DNA of 64,000 bases, taken from Arsenophonus sp. Its GTDB lineage: Bacteria; Pseudomonadota; Gammaproteobacteria; Enterobacterales; Enterobacteriaceae. The notes below the pieces were generated by a model, which was not told where the DNA came from, did no database searches, and saw only the letters and a program-made list of their open reading frames with translations. Within the stretch, counting starts at the first letter, position 1. Each line of letters begins with the position of its first letter. The stretch lies in NCBI GenBank assembly GCA_052171275.1, contig CM125795.1, positions 651,557 to 715,556 on the forward strand, read 5' to 3'. Below, in pieces: positions 22,776 through 33,326 of this stretch. Position numbers and translations under genes: made by a program.

Positions 22776-22811
22776 AAGGTATTTTAATCATATAATAATT
22801 AACCATAATAA

Positions 22812-22982
22812 TTATTTATTAACAATCTTTCGTCCACGATAGTAACCATCAGTTGTCACATGATGTCGTAAATGGGTTTTACCTGAAGTTTTATCTACTG
22901 ATACTTTGGAAACTCTCAATGAATCATGTGATCGACGCATACCACGTTTAGAACGAGTTGGTTTATTTTGTTGCACGGCCAT
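22812..22982 (-). CDS. rpmF: 50S ribosomal protein L32
   Basis: This is not in the ORF track (56 aa). The reverse complement reads [56 protein letters not shown], nearly identical to E. coli L32. The segment is locally G/C-richer than its surroundings. Confidence 0.95.
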   Translation of the reverse strand: MAVQQNKPTRSKRGMRRSHDSLRVSKVSVDKTSGKTHLRHHVTTDGYYRGRKIVNK

Positions 22983-23040
22983 TAATTGTTACTCCTTAAA
23001 TATTTTAAAATTGGTAAACACAAATCAAAATAAAATAAAT

Positions 23041-23560
23041 TTATCTTCTTTGTTTTGATATGAAACTTATAAAAACTATATTTATGTTTTGATAATTCAC
23101 CGTATATCTATCATATATTATATGATAGAATTATCATATTTTTTTGATATTGCAGAGTAAATCTATTTTCATAAAAATTGATAAATAATGATTTTTTATA
23201 CTATTTAATAGTAAATAAATCTTTTAATCACAGATGAAATAAATAAACAATAAATTAGATAAAATAAAAGTTAAAAATTCTTACCACATAGTTTGTATTT
23301 TATCTTAATTTTAATATTGATATTATAATCCATTTTATGATAACTAATTTTAATTTTATCTGTTTAAAAAAATAATTATTAGTTATATATTTATTTATAT
23401 TTATAACTATTGATTTTAAGATAGATAAATCTATTTAGTTGAATAATATTATAAAAAAATCGATTTTACGCTATGTTATATATATTAATTATCAAAATTT
23501 ATTTAACCTTATTTTTAATAAGGCTTCTATACGATCTTTATTAATAATAAATAGTTAAAG
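23041..23560 (-). pseudogene. yceD: Possible yceD (DUF177) fossil upstream of rpmF
   Basis: Support comes only from position (E. coli order yceD-rpmF-plsX) and a weak C-terminal trace, FISFISKQRR* vs FAVLASLKRK*. The rest is not convincingly alignable by eye and the boundaries are approximate. Confidence 0.3.
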
Positions 23561-24080
23561 AAAATAGTTAATTTTACTTATTTCGAATATATATAATATA
23601 AATATTTTAAGCTAAAAAACTTAACATCATTTCATTTATTTTTTGTATTTTAAATATTTAAAGAAATATAATATACAACTATAATACATCATCTTTATTT
23701 TTAGGTTATTACTTGCTTTGCAGTAAATAATCATATTTTCTCTTTATTACTGATCTAGTGAGTGAATAAGTATGAAAAATGATTGATTAATGAATTGATA
23801 ATTTTTATTATTATTTTTCTCTTACTAAAAATATTAGTGATTAGTGATTAAATACAATATATATATTAATAATATACATTAATCCAAGTTTCTTTTATAA
23901 AAAATTATAATGATAATTAAAATATTAATTTATACTTAGATGATATATAAATTAAAGTAAGATTAAAAAAATACTTTATATATTAGGTAATATTTACTAA
24001 ATAATAAGATTGAAAATATAGTATTAAATATAAATTTTCATAATTTAATTATTGTAATTTAATGGATAGATAAAGAAATA

Positions 24081-24116
24081 TAAACTGTTTTTATCTTATA
24101 AGATAAAAACAGTTTA
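24081..24116. repeat. Perfect 36-nt palindrome (18-bp arms, no spacer)
   Basis: The sequence is taaactgtttttatctta|taagataaaaacagttta. All 18 pairs were checked. It lies ~230 nt beyond the rluC 3' end, in the region where yceF/maf sits in E. coli. Confidence 0.9.
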
Positions 24117-24347
24117 ATGAACTAATATATTTATATTAAAGTATATCTGATGTTTTATTTTTTAGAAAATTATTAAATATGATTTTAGTCTTAATGTTTT
24201 AATTATATTATTTTGATTAGTTTTATGAATATATCAGTAGTTAACGCGACATAAATTCTTCTAAATTATTAAATCAATGCATATATAAAATAAATTTATT
24301 TATAATTAAAAATATTTTTATTAATTACATTAAATACACTATATATA

Positions 24348-25292
24348 TCACTTATTTAATAGTGTTAAATAATTTTTAAGTTTTTGATCTAATGTTGCGT
24401 AAAAAGTTAATTTTTTCATATTAACTGGATGAAAAAACATTAATGAATTAGCATGTAAAAAAAGTCGTTTTAATCCAGTAATAGCTAATTGTTGATTAAA
24501 ATTAATATCACCATATCGATTATCACATGCAATAGGATGTTTGACATACTGTGTATGCACTCTAATTTGATGTGTTCGTCCTGTTATTGGATTTATCTTT
24601 AAAAGAGTAGAATTAGAAAAATATTTTTCAATTTTAAAATGAGTTTCTGAAAATTTACCATTGTTGCTAACTTTTACTATTCGTTCACCACTTTGTAAAG
24701 TATTTCTCAATAATGGTGCCTTAATAATTTTAATATGCTCTGGCCAATGTCCTCTTACAAGAGCAATATATTGTTTTTGAATTTGTTTCAAACGTAACTG
24801 TTGATGTAATATCCTAAGTGCTGAACGTTTTTTAGCTATCAATAAAACACCTGATGTTTCACGATCTAACCTGTGTACAAGTTCTAAAAAATATATTTCA
24901 GGACGTAATGAGCGTAAAACTTCAATAACGCTAAAATTTATTCCAGTGCCACCGTGAACAGATATACCAGAAGGTTTATTCAAAACCAATAAATGTTCAT
25001 CTTCGTAAAGTATGTATTCAGTAAGCAGATATTTTTTATGAAATTTAGTTGAAATAACATTCTGTTCTTTTTTAAATAGATAGATTGGTGGAATCCTGAT
25101 TAAATCATCTTTTTTAATTTTATATTCAGGTTTAATTCTACTCTTATTTACCCTTACCTCACCTTTTCTAATAATATGGTAAATCTTACTTTTAGGAACG
25201 CCTTTTAAACGCATTAATAAAAAGTTATCAATACGTTGGCCTTCTTCATCATTATCTATAGTAATAAATTTAACCTGATTTTCTATTATCAT
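24348..25292 (-). CDS. rluC: 23S rRNA pseudouridine synthase RluC
   Basis: The 314-aa ORF is colinear with E. coli RluC: an S4 domain (QRIDNFL...KGVPKSxIYxIxRKGEVRVNK), the catalytic motif HRLDRETSGVLL, and GRTHQIRVH. It is divergent from rne as in E. coli. Confidence 0.92.
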   Translation of the reverse strand: MIIENQVKFITIDNDEEGQRIDNFLLMRLKGVPKSKIYHIIRKGEVRVNKSRIKPEYKIKKDDLIRIPPIYLFKKEQNVISTKFHKKYLLTEYILYEDEHLLVLNKPSGISVHGGTGINFSVIEVLRSLRPEIYFLELVHRLDRETSGVLLIAKKRSALRILHQQLRLKQIQKQYIALVRGHWPEHIKIIKAPLLRNTLQSGERIVKVSNNGKFSETHFKIEKYFSNSTLLKINPITGRTHQIRVHTQYVKHPIACDNRYGDINFNQQLAITGLKRLFLHANSLMFFHPVNMKKLTFYATLDQKLKNYLTLLNK

Positions 25293-25720
25293 TATTTAAT
25301 TATAAACTTCATTAATATTTAAATTTAATAAGTGTTATTAGTAAACATAATAATTTTCTTTATTTTAATTTTTTTCTTTATTTTTTAATTTATTTATCAA
25401 ATCAATTTATCATTTTTTATAAAAAGTAATAAACTAAAAAAGTTATCTTGATAACTACCCATAAGCAATGGAATAATGAAGAGTCGTTATAATATTTATA
25501 AAAATAAAAGTTTGTTTAATTTGATTTCTATTTATTTTTATTTTTTATAATACTCAAATAGAGTAATAACAAAATATCCTGTGTAAAATCAAAAAAAAAT
25601 TATTAAATTGCTAACAAAGGTTTTCTGAATTAATCAACATATAGATTGAAGAAATAAATTCAGCAATATTTTAAAATATTAAAGATTTAATATTTTAAAA
25701 AACATAGTTTTACTAAAAAA

Positions 25721-25848
25721 ATCGTTTTAATACGATCATAAATCAACAACTGCGCAGTTAACGATTTTATGAAAGTTATGAAACTATCTAATAAAATAAT
25801 TATTTTAGTCACAATTTTTGTGACTTAGTTAAACAATGAGTATTCATA
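25721..25848 (+). promoter_or_regulatory. rne 5' leader with retained stem-loops (candidate autoregulatory UTR)
   Basis: G/C-containing hairpins stand out against the A/T background: atcgt/acgat (25721-25736), the palindrome aactgcgcagtt (25748-25759), and agtcaca-atttt-tgtgact (25807-25825) about 20 nt before the start codon. E. coli rne has a long structured leader used for feedback control. Homology of the individual hairpins is not established here. Confidence 0.45.
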
Positions 25849-28449
25849 ATGAAAAGAATGTTAATTAATGCAACTCAACAAGAAGAATTGCGCGTTGCTC
25901 TTGTTGATGGGCAATATCTTTATGATCTAGATATTGAAAATATCGGACACGAACAAAAAAAATCAAACATTTATAAAGGTAAAATTACACGTGTAGAACC
26001 TAGCCTAGAAGCAGTATTTGTTGATTATGGATCAGAAAAACACGGTTTTTTACCTATTAAAGAAATTGCTAGTGAATATTTTCCTAGTTATTATCAATCC
26101 CAAGGTCGACCTAATATAAAAGATATTTTAAGAGAAGGCCAGGAAGTTATCATTCAAATTGATAAAGAAGAGCGTGGAAGCAAAGGGGCGGCGCTAACTA
26201 CTTTTATTAGTTTAGCTGGTAGCTATCTTGTTTTGATGCCAAATAATCCTCGTGCAGGCGGAATATCAAGACGTATTGAAGGTGAAGATCGCACAGAGCT
26301 CAAAGAAGTATTATCCTTATTGGAAATACCTGATGGTATGGGATTAATTATTCGTACTGCCGGTGTTGGTAAATCAGCAGAAGTGCTACAGCAGGATTTG
26401 CAATATCGTCTCAAACATTGGGAAGCAATAAAAAAAGCATCGGAAAATACAGTTGCACCTTTTCTTATACATCAAGAGAGCAATGTTATTGTAAGAGCTT
26501 TTCGTGATTATTTACTTCCTGATATCGGTGAAATTCTAATTGATAATCAGAAAATTTTTGAAATGGCTTGTCATCATATTAAAGCGATTGGTCGTGGTGA
26601 TTTTTCAAGTAAAATTAAGTACTATAGTGGAGATATTCCACTATTTAGTCATTATCAAATAGAAACACAGATCGAATCTGCTTTTCAACGTGAAGTTCGA
26701 TTACCATCAGGTGGGGTTTTATTTATCGATACAACTGAAGCATTAACCGCTATTGATATAAATTCATCACGTTCAACTCGTGGTATAGATATCGAAGAAA
26801 CAGCATTCAGTACAAATTTAGAAGCAGCAGACGAAATTGCTCGTCAATTGCGATTACGAGATTTAGGTGGACTTATTGTCATTGATTTTATTGATATGAT
26901 ACCTGTTCGTCACCAACGTGAAGTTGAAAATCGCTTTAGGGAAGTTGTACGTCAAGATCGAGCTCGTATTCAAATAACTAGGATATCACGATTTGGTTTA
27001 CTTGAAATATCGCGTCAACGTTTAAGTCCATCACTAGGTGAGTCGAGTCACCATGTCTGCCCTCGTTGTAATGGCACTGGAACAATTCGTGATAATGAAT
27101 CACTCTCGCTTTCTATTTTACGTTTGATTGAAGAGGAAGCATTAAAAGAAAATACTCATGAAATACACGCAATTGTACCTGTTCCAATTGCTTCTTATCT
27201 TCTTAATGAAAAACGCCAATCTGTTAATGAAATTGAGCGTCGACAACATAATATACGTGTTATCATTGTTCCTAATGATCAGATGGAATCACCTCATTTC
27301 AATGTTATCCGTATTCGTAAAGGTGAAGAAATTTCAACATTAAGCTATTATCTTATTCAATACCATGAAACTGAAGTTAATAACTTAATAGATGAATCTA
27401 ATGGTGATAAAAGATTACATGAACAACCTGCTATTTCTAATTTTTCTCTGCAACCTGAAATTAATATAAAAAATATATCACTTTGTGAATGTAAGTCAAG
27501 TAAAGAGAATAATAAATTAATAAATAAAAAAACTTCGATAAGTTTATTCAATAGAATTATTTTTTTCTTCAAAAGAATATTTAATGAATCAGAAAAATAT
27601 ATTTTGAAAATAAGAAAAAAGTCAAAAAAGGATAATAACAAACAATATAATAATTATAGTTTAACTAAATATCGTAAACATAATAAGAATATAAATGACA
27701 AACAAAATTATTGGAATTCTAATAAACATGAATCAGATAGAACTCGTAATTATAAAATCTATTATAATGACAGTCAGGATAACCCTATATCTGAAATTCA
27801 ACAACACTACTTCAAAACGCAGACTGAGGATAATCATCATAAAAAAAAACGACAATTTCATGTTACGACTAAAATACAACCATTAGATAAAAAAGAATCT
27901 GAAAAGAAAAAAATAGTTGTTATTTCACAACAGAATAACCAATGTCAACAAATTGAATCCGTGTTAGTAACAAACAACATGATTAAACAAAAAAAAATAT
28001 TTAATAATAAAGTATATAAACATACCAAATTGCTTACTAAGCATAAGGTAGAAAAAACTCCTGCAGAATTAACTAGTGAACTAGTAATACAAACTGAATC
28101 TGCAATAATATCACAAAAAAAAATAGATATATTGAATATTACAGAACAAATTAAATTTAAGGAAGTATCTACTAATTATGCTAATGATAAAAAAGAATAT
28201 ACGATACCAAGACGATCAAGACGATCTCCTCGGCATCTACGTGTTAGCGCACAACGTCGTCGTCGTTATCGTGATGAGCATCAAGAAAAACCATTGGTAC
28301 CATTAAAAATGGCTGTTTCTTCTCCTGAATTATCTTTAGGTAAAGTTTGGATTCATTATCCTATTATAAAATTGAATGAATCAAATAAGATTTCATCAGA
28401 TAATAACAAAAGTATTTTAAAAATTAATGAAAAAAACATATTTTTCTAA
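25849..28449 (+). CDS. rne: Ribonuclease E
   Basis: In the 866-aa ORF, residues 1 to ~510 are nearly colinear with the E. coli RNase E catalytic half ([22 protein letters not shown]..., S1 domain, DINSxRxTRG, Zn-link [12 protein letters not shown]). The C-terminal half is K/N-rich low complexity but keeps three blocks: a segment-A-like amphipathic stretch ([18 protein letters not shown]), an arginine-rich block ([23 protein letters not shown]) and [16 protein letters not shown]. Confidence 0.95.
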   Translation: MKRMLINATQQEELRVALVDGQYLYDLDIENIGHEQKKSNIYKGKITRVEPSLEAVFVDYGSEKHGFLPIKEIASEYFPSYYQSQGRPNIKDILREGQEVIIQIDKEERGSKGAALTTFISLAGSYLVLMPNNPRAGGISRRIEGEDRTELKEVLSLLEIPDGMGLIIRTAGVGKSAEVLQQDLQYRLKHWEAIKKASENTVAPFLIHQESNVIVRAFRDYLLPDIGEILIDNQKIFEMACHHIKAIGRGDFSSKIKYYSGDIPLFSHYQIETQIESAFQREVRLPSGGVLFIDTTEALTAIDINSSRSTRGIDIEETAFSTNLEAADEIARQLRLRDLGGLIVIDFIDMIPVRHQREVENRFREVVRQDRARIQITRISRFGLLEISRQRLSPSLGESSHHVCPRCNGTGTIRDNESLSLSILRLIEEEALKENTHEIHAIVPVPIASYLLNEKRQSVNEIERRQHNIRVIIVPNDQMESPHFNVIRIRKGEEISTLSYYLIQYHETEVNNLIDESNGDKRLHEQPAISNFSLQPEINIKNISLCECKSSKENNKLINKKTSISLFNRIIFFFKRIFNESEKYILKIRKKSKKDNNKQYNNYSLTKYRKHNKNINDKQNYWNSNKHESDRTRNYKIYYNDSQDNPISEIQQHYFKTQTEDNHHKKKRQFHVTTKIQPLDKKESEKKKIVVISQQNNQCQQIESVLVTNNMIKQKKIFNNKVYKHTKLLTKHKVEKTPAELTSELVIQTESAIISQKKIDILNITEQIKFKEVSTNYANDKKEYTIPRRSRRSPRHLRVSAQRRRRYRDEHQEKPLVPLKMAVSSPELSLGKVWIHYPIIKLNESNKISSDNNKSILKINEKNIFF

Positions 28450-30408
28450 TTATAACTGATAGTGATAGAATAATTAATTTAGTATTATAAAAAAATAACA
28501 TTGATTAATTGAAATAGTTTAATCATAAAAAATAAAATTCTTGATTAAATAATTAGTTATGATAGAGAGCTAGATATTATATAATGATCATAATTGTTTA
28601 TTACTTTTAAGAATTAATTCAATACTGAAAATCTATCATAATTATTTATTAAAGTTAAATAATAATTAAAATAAGTAGGCAATATTTTTATATTGATATA
28701 AATTTAAAAAAATAAAATTATATATAAGATGATAAATTTATTTAATGATAGAGATTTTATCTAGATAATAATATTATTATATAAAAATTATAATTGTTAT
28801 ATTAAGTAATATATCTTTTCTAATAAATATTGCAGACAATAATAATTGTTAGTAAAAACTATTACTATAAAATCAGACAAAACAAGATTTTTTATTTTTT
28901 TATTATAAATTTAATATTAATAACAAAAAATAATTTAATTATTATTTAAATTATAATTAATAGCAATTTCTGTAGAATATTCCCATAATAAGTCTTAACA
29001 TAATCAAAATTAATAAAAACAAAATAATCATTAATAAAATATTAGAATAATATATTTTTTAGAACTTTAACTAAAATTCATTTATATATATCTTAATATC
29101 AAAAAACTTTTATAATGTTGTCATTATTAAGATAAATATCCAATAATAATATTATTTTACAAAGCAATTGATTAAATTATTTATTGTTATATAATACATA
29201 TTGTAATGATTTCATTAACGCTCTATTTATTAAAAATATTTAAATAAATATCTATTTATTTAAATTTATTGATAACTTATATAAGAGTATACTTACAATT
29301 ATAATAATTTTAATAATATTATATATATGTTCTCTTATATATGATTTAACTAATTATTTAATTATAAGAAATAATGTCTTATTGTCATCGCTTGATAATA
29401 TCAATATTATAAAATAATTCGAAAATTAAATATTGAATGTGTTATTATTTTATTAATTTATCTATCAAGAGAAATTATTAGTAATATTTATTATTTAAAA
29501 TTAAAGTAATATTTTATATATTAAAATGTACTTTTTGATAAAAAGAATATTTTAATAATTATTTATTATAAATATCTGACTCATTTAGATGAATTAGAAA
29601 ATTTATTTATCAGTTTAATATGAAAATAATTAAATATTTTTTATAAATAAAGTTAGTTAAAAATATTTTTTATATATGAAACTATCAAAAATCTCTTTTT
29701 ATCTATCTATAAAATAAATAGTATTTTTAAATTTTAAAATAACATCTATAATCTTTTTATAATTTTCTTACTATTAATTAATATATAATTATTACTATGG
29801 TAATTATGATATATTTTTAACATATATAATATAAATTTTATTTTTTAATTTTTTTTGTTGAAAATAGTTAAACTCTTGAATAACAAAAAATTTTTTATTT
29901 GTTAACTTACGATTAATTTATTTTTAAAATGAATATATATTTTGATATATGATTCAATATATTTAGAATAATAAGTAACTTTTATTCATAATTTATATAT
30001 TTTTAATAAAATATATAAATTATTTATAATATACATATATAATATTAATATTAAATTAATAAAATTAATTAATTTATATATTTTAATTTACTTAATAGTA
30101 TTGTACTATGTAATAGTAAGTTATTTTTATTTATCTATTAATTAATTTATAATTATTATAAATGTTAAAATTAGTTTTTAATATATAAATATATCATTAT
30201 CATGATAATGATATATAAATTTAATTACTAACTAATATTGATGTTATTATTGACAATTTAAAATATAAAAATATTTACTTTTTAGCTAATTTATTAATGA
30301 ATATCTTTTAAAAATATTAAACAAATAATAAAAAAAATTTTATAATATTAAAATATTTTTATATATTAAAATATTATCGTTTTTTTCAAAAATTTAGAAA
30401 ATAATTTA
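28450..30408. other. A/T-saturated non-coding tract
   Basis: This ~2 kb has no ORF of 60 aa or more and nothing recognisable. It marks a synteny break relative to E. coli (rne is followed here by sbcB). Confidence 0.6.
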
Positions 30409-31832
30409 ATGAATAATTATAAGCCTTCATTTCTATTTCATGATTATGAAACATTTGGAAAAGATCCTGTTTTTGATCGACCAGCTCAATTTGCTTGCGT
30501 TAGAACAGACTTAAATTTCAATATTATTGAAGATCCACATTTTTTTTTTGTGCACCTGCTAATGATTACCTTCCTCAACCACAGGCAGTTATTATTACAG
30601 GTATAACTCCTCAATATGCAATATCTCATGGTATTAATGAAGCTGAATTTGCTAAACGTATTCATAAAAATTTTAGTGTATCTAATACTTGTATTATTGG
30701 TTATAATAACATTCAATTTGATGATGAAGTTACTCGGAATATTTTCTATCGTAATTTTTATGATCCTTATGCTTATAGTTGGCAAGAAGGAAATTCACGT
30801 TGGGATTTATTGAGTGTATTACGAGCATGTTATACTTTCCGTCATGATGGTATTAATTGGCCTATTAATAATAAAGGGTTACCTAGCTTTAAATTAGAAG
30901 ATATAACAGCTGCAAACACTATTGAACATACAAATTCTCATAACGCAATGTCCGATGTTTTTTCTACTATTAAAATAGCAAAATTAATTAAGCAAACACA
31001 ACCAAAGTTATTTAATTTTTTTTTTCAATTAAGAAAAAAAAATAAAATTAATAAATTAATTAATATTAATATAATGAAACCATTAGTTTATGTTTCGAAT
31101 ATATTCGGCTCAATACGTTCTAATACTAGCCTAATTTCTCCACTTGCTTGGCATCCAAGAAATAAAAATGTAATTATTGTCTGTGATCTAGCAGAAGATA
31201 TTAGTCCTTTATTAAAATTAGATATTGATACATTAACAAAACATTTATTTTCACTTAAAAGTGAGTTAGTCTATAAATTAACAATTCCAATTAAATTAAT
31301 ACATATTAATAAATGTCCAATTTTAGCACCAATTAATACATTACGTTCAGAAGACGTACAACATATATCACTTGATCTTAATATTTGCCAAAATAATTTA
31401 TCATTATTAAGGCAACATAGTGAAATTAGAGATAAAGTCATTCAAATTTTTAATAAACCATATCAATTTATTTCTGAAAAAACTGATGTTGATGATAAGC
31501 TTTACTCAAGTTTTTTTAGTAAGGAAGACTTTTTAACAATGGCTATTATTCGTCAGACTTTACCGGAAAACTTGCATACATTAAATCTTAAATTTGATGA
31601 TCCTCGCATGAATCAACTATTTTTTAGATATCGAGCTAGAAACTATTCATCGATATTGACAGAGAAAGAAAATCGCATTTGGTTAGATTATCGTCGTAGT
31701 GTATTAACAAAAGATAAGATTACAAAGTATTTACAAACTATAAATCAATTATTTATTGAAAATCAAAAAGATAAATATAAATGCCAGCAATTAAAATCGC
31801 TTGTAGATTATTTAAATCAGATCTACAAATAA
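30409..31832 (+). pseudogene. sbcB: Exodeoxyribonuclease I (SbcB/ExoI) interrupted by a single frameshift in a T10 run; otherwise full length
   Basis: The frame starting at 30409 gives MNNYKPSFLFHDYETFGKDPVFDRPAQFACVRTDLNFNIIEDPHFFF (Exo I motif FHDYETFG). After the T run at 30540-30549, homology continues in the -1 frame, which is open from 30531 to 31832: CAPANDYLPQPQAVIITGITPQ...YNNIQFDDEVTRNIFYRNFYDPYAYSW...HNAMSDV...KLIHINKCPIL...FFRYRARN. This is colinear with E. coli ExoI (475 aa). Eleven T instead of ten would restore HFFFCAPA (E. coli EVFYCKPA). Track ORFs 30409-30606 and 30810-31832 are the two halves. Confidence 0.85.
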
Positions 31833-31943
31833 TTTTATCTTAAAATTAATATTCCAGATAAAATATACTCATTTTTAACATAATAAAATCTTAATAATTA
31901 ATCTTTATTATAATTAAACTATCATTATCACCAATATTTAATA

Positions 31944-33326
31944 TCACCAAATATCATTCATTTGTGGTAATGGTTTACGAAAATGACGTGTGATGATTGC
32001 CATATAAAAAATCCCAATCGTTGCCCATAAAATTCCTAATAACATCGAAATTTTCTCTATATTAATCCAAAGTACAGATACTGTTAAAGCTCCTGTAATT
32101 GGTAGAATTAAGTAATTAAACCTTTCACGCCAAGTATGACAACGTTGTTCTCTAAAATAGAATTGTGAAACAACTGAAAAGTTAACAAAAGTAAAAGCAA
32201 TTAATGCGCCAAAATTAATTAATGCTGTAGCAATTTCCATATCAAACCAAATTGCTGTTAATGCTAACATACCAACTAAAATTATATTAAAAGCAGGGGT
32301 TCGCCATGTTGGATGAACATAGCCAAAAAAACGTTTAGGAAAAACACCATCTCGTCCCATAACATACATAAGACGTGAAACTCCTGCATGAGCAGCCATG
32401 CCAGACGCTAATACAGTTGAGCAAGAGAAAACTAAAATGATAGATTGAAAAAGTGTCCCAACAACATATAACATAATTTCAGGTTGTGATTCATTGGGTT
32501 TTTTAAAATGAGAAACGTCAGGAAAATACATTTGTAAAAAATAAGAAACACCAATAAAAATTAAACCACCAATTAATGCCGTTAAAAAAATCGCTTTTGG
32601 TATTACTTTTCTTGGATTTGGTGTTTCTTCTGATAATGAACTTATACCATCAAATCCGAGAAATGAAAAACATAAAATAGTTGCTCCTGTAATCATTGGA
32701 ATTAAATGTGTTTGTTCAAATGTAAAAGGTCGTCGCGACCAAATTTGACCAGAACCTTCTCCTTTAGATAATTCATTAATTAATATAGCTAAAAAAACTA
32801 ACATGAAGGCGATTTGAATAACAACAATAATAGTATTTAAATTAGCAACTAAATTAATACCTCGTAAATTAAAAATAGTCATTAATAAGACTAATATGAC
32901 AACAAAAATCCATGGAGCAATACCTGGAAAAACAGCTTCTAGATAAATTTTTGCCAATAATATATTAATCATTGGCATAAATAAATAATCAAGCAAAGAT
33001 GACCATCCTACCATAAAACCTATATGTGGATTAATGGATTTTTGTGTATAGGTATAAGCTAATCCTGCAGAAGGGAATCGTTTTACTAATTTCCCATAAC
33101 TTAATGCGGTAAAAAGAATTGCAATCAAAGCAATAATATAAGAAGATGGAACATGACCATTAGTTTTTAATGATACTATCCCAAAAGTATCAAAAACTGT
33201 CATTGGTTGTAAATAAGCTAATCCCATCATAACAACTTGGATTAAAGTTAATTTTTTAACCAATTGAGTACTGTTATTTATCTCAGTTGATTCTTTTGTA
33301 AGAGTTAATTTGATATTATATGACAT
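31944..33326 (-). CDS. plaP: APC-family amino acid/polyamine permease, PlaP (YeeF)/PuuP-like putrescine importer
   Basis: The 460-aa ORF has ~12 predicted hydrophobic segments and is colinear with E. coli PlaP ([22 protein letters not shown], [16 protein letters not shown], [24 protein letters not shown], [21 protein letters not shown], [23 protein letters not shown], [15 protein letters not shown]). It is adjacent to sbcB, as in the E. coli sbcB-yeeD-yeeE-plaP neighbourhood. An AGGAAA SD is present. Substrate assignment rests on homology only. Confidence 0.85.
   Translation of the reverse strand: MSYNIKLTLTKESTEINNSTQLVKKLTLIQVVMMGLAYLQPMTVFDTFGIVSLKTNGHVPSSYIIALIAILFTALSYGKLVKRFPSAGLAYTYTQKSINPHIGFMVGWSSLLDYLFMPMINILLAKIYLEAVFPGIAPWIFVVILVLLMTIFNLRGINLVANLNTIIVVIQIAFMLVFLAILINELSKGEGSGQIWSRRPFTFEQTHLIPMITGATILCFSFLGFDGISSLSEETPNPRKVIPKAIFLTALIGGLIFIGVSYFLQMYFPDVSHFKKPNESQPEIMLYVVGTLFQSIILVFSCSTVLASGMAAHAGVSRLMYVMGRDGVFPKRFFGYVHPTWRTPAFNIILVGMLALTAIWFDMEIATALINFGALIAFTFVNFSVVSQFYFREQRCHTWRERFNYLILPITGALTVSVLWINIEKISMLLGILWATIGIFYMAIITRHFRKPLPQMNDIW

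Noticed and set aside
31832-31944. A 9-bp stem (attttatct...agataaaat, 31832-31864) between the convergent sbcB and plaP genes, considered as a bidirectional terminator.
   Set aside because: It is an A/T-only stem apart from one C:G pair, has a 15-nt loop, and has no flanking U-run on the plaP side. It is indistinguishable from background hairpins.
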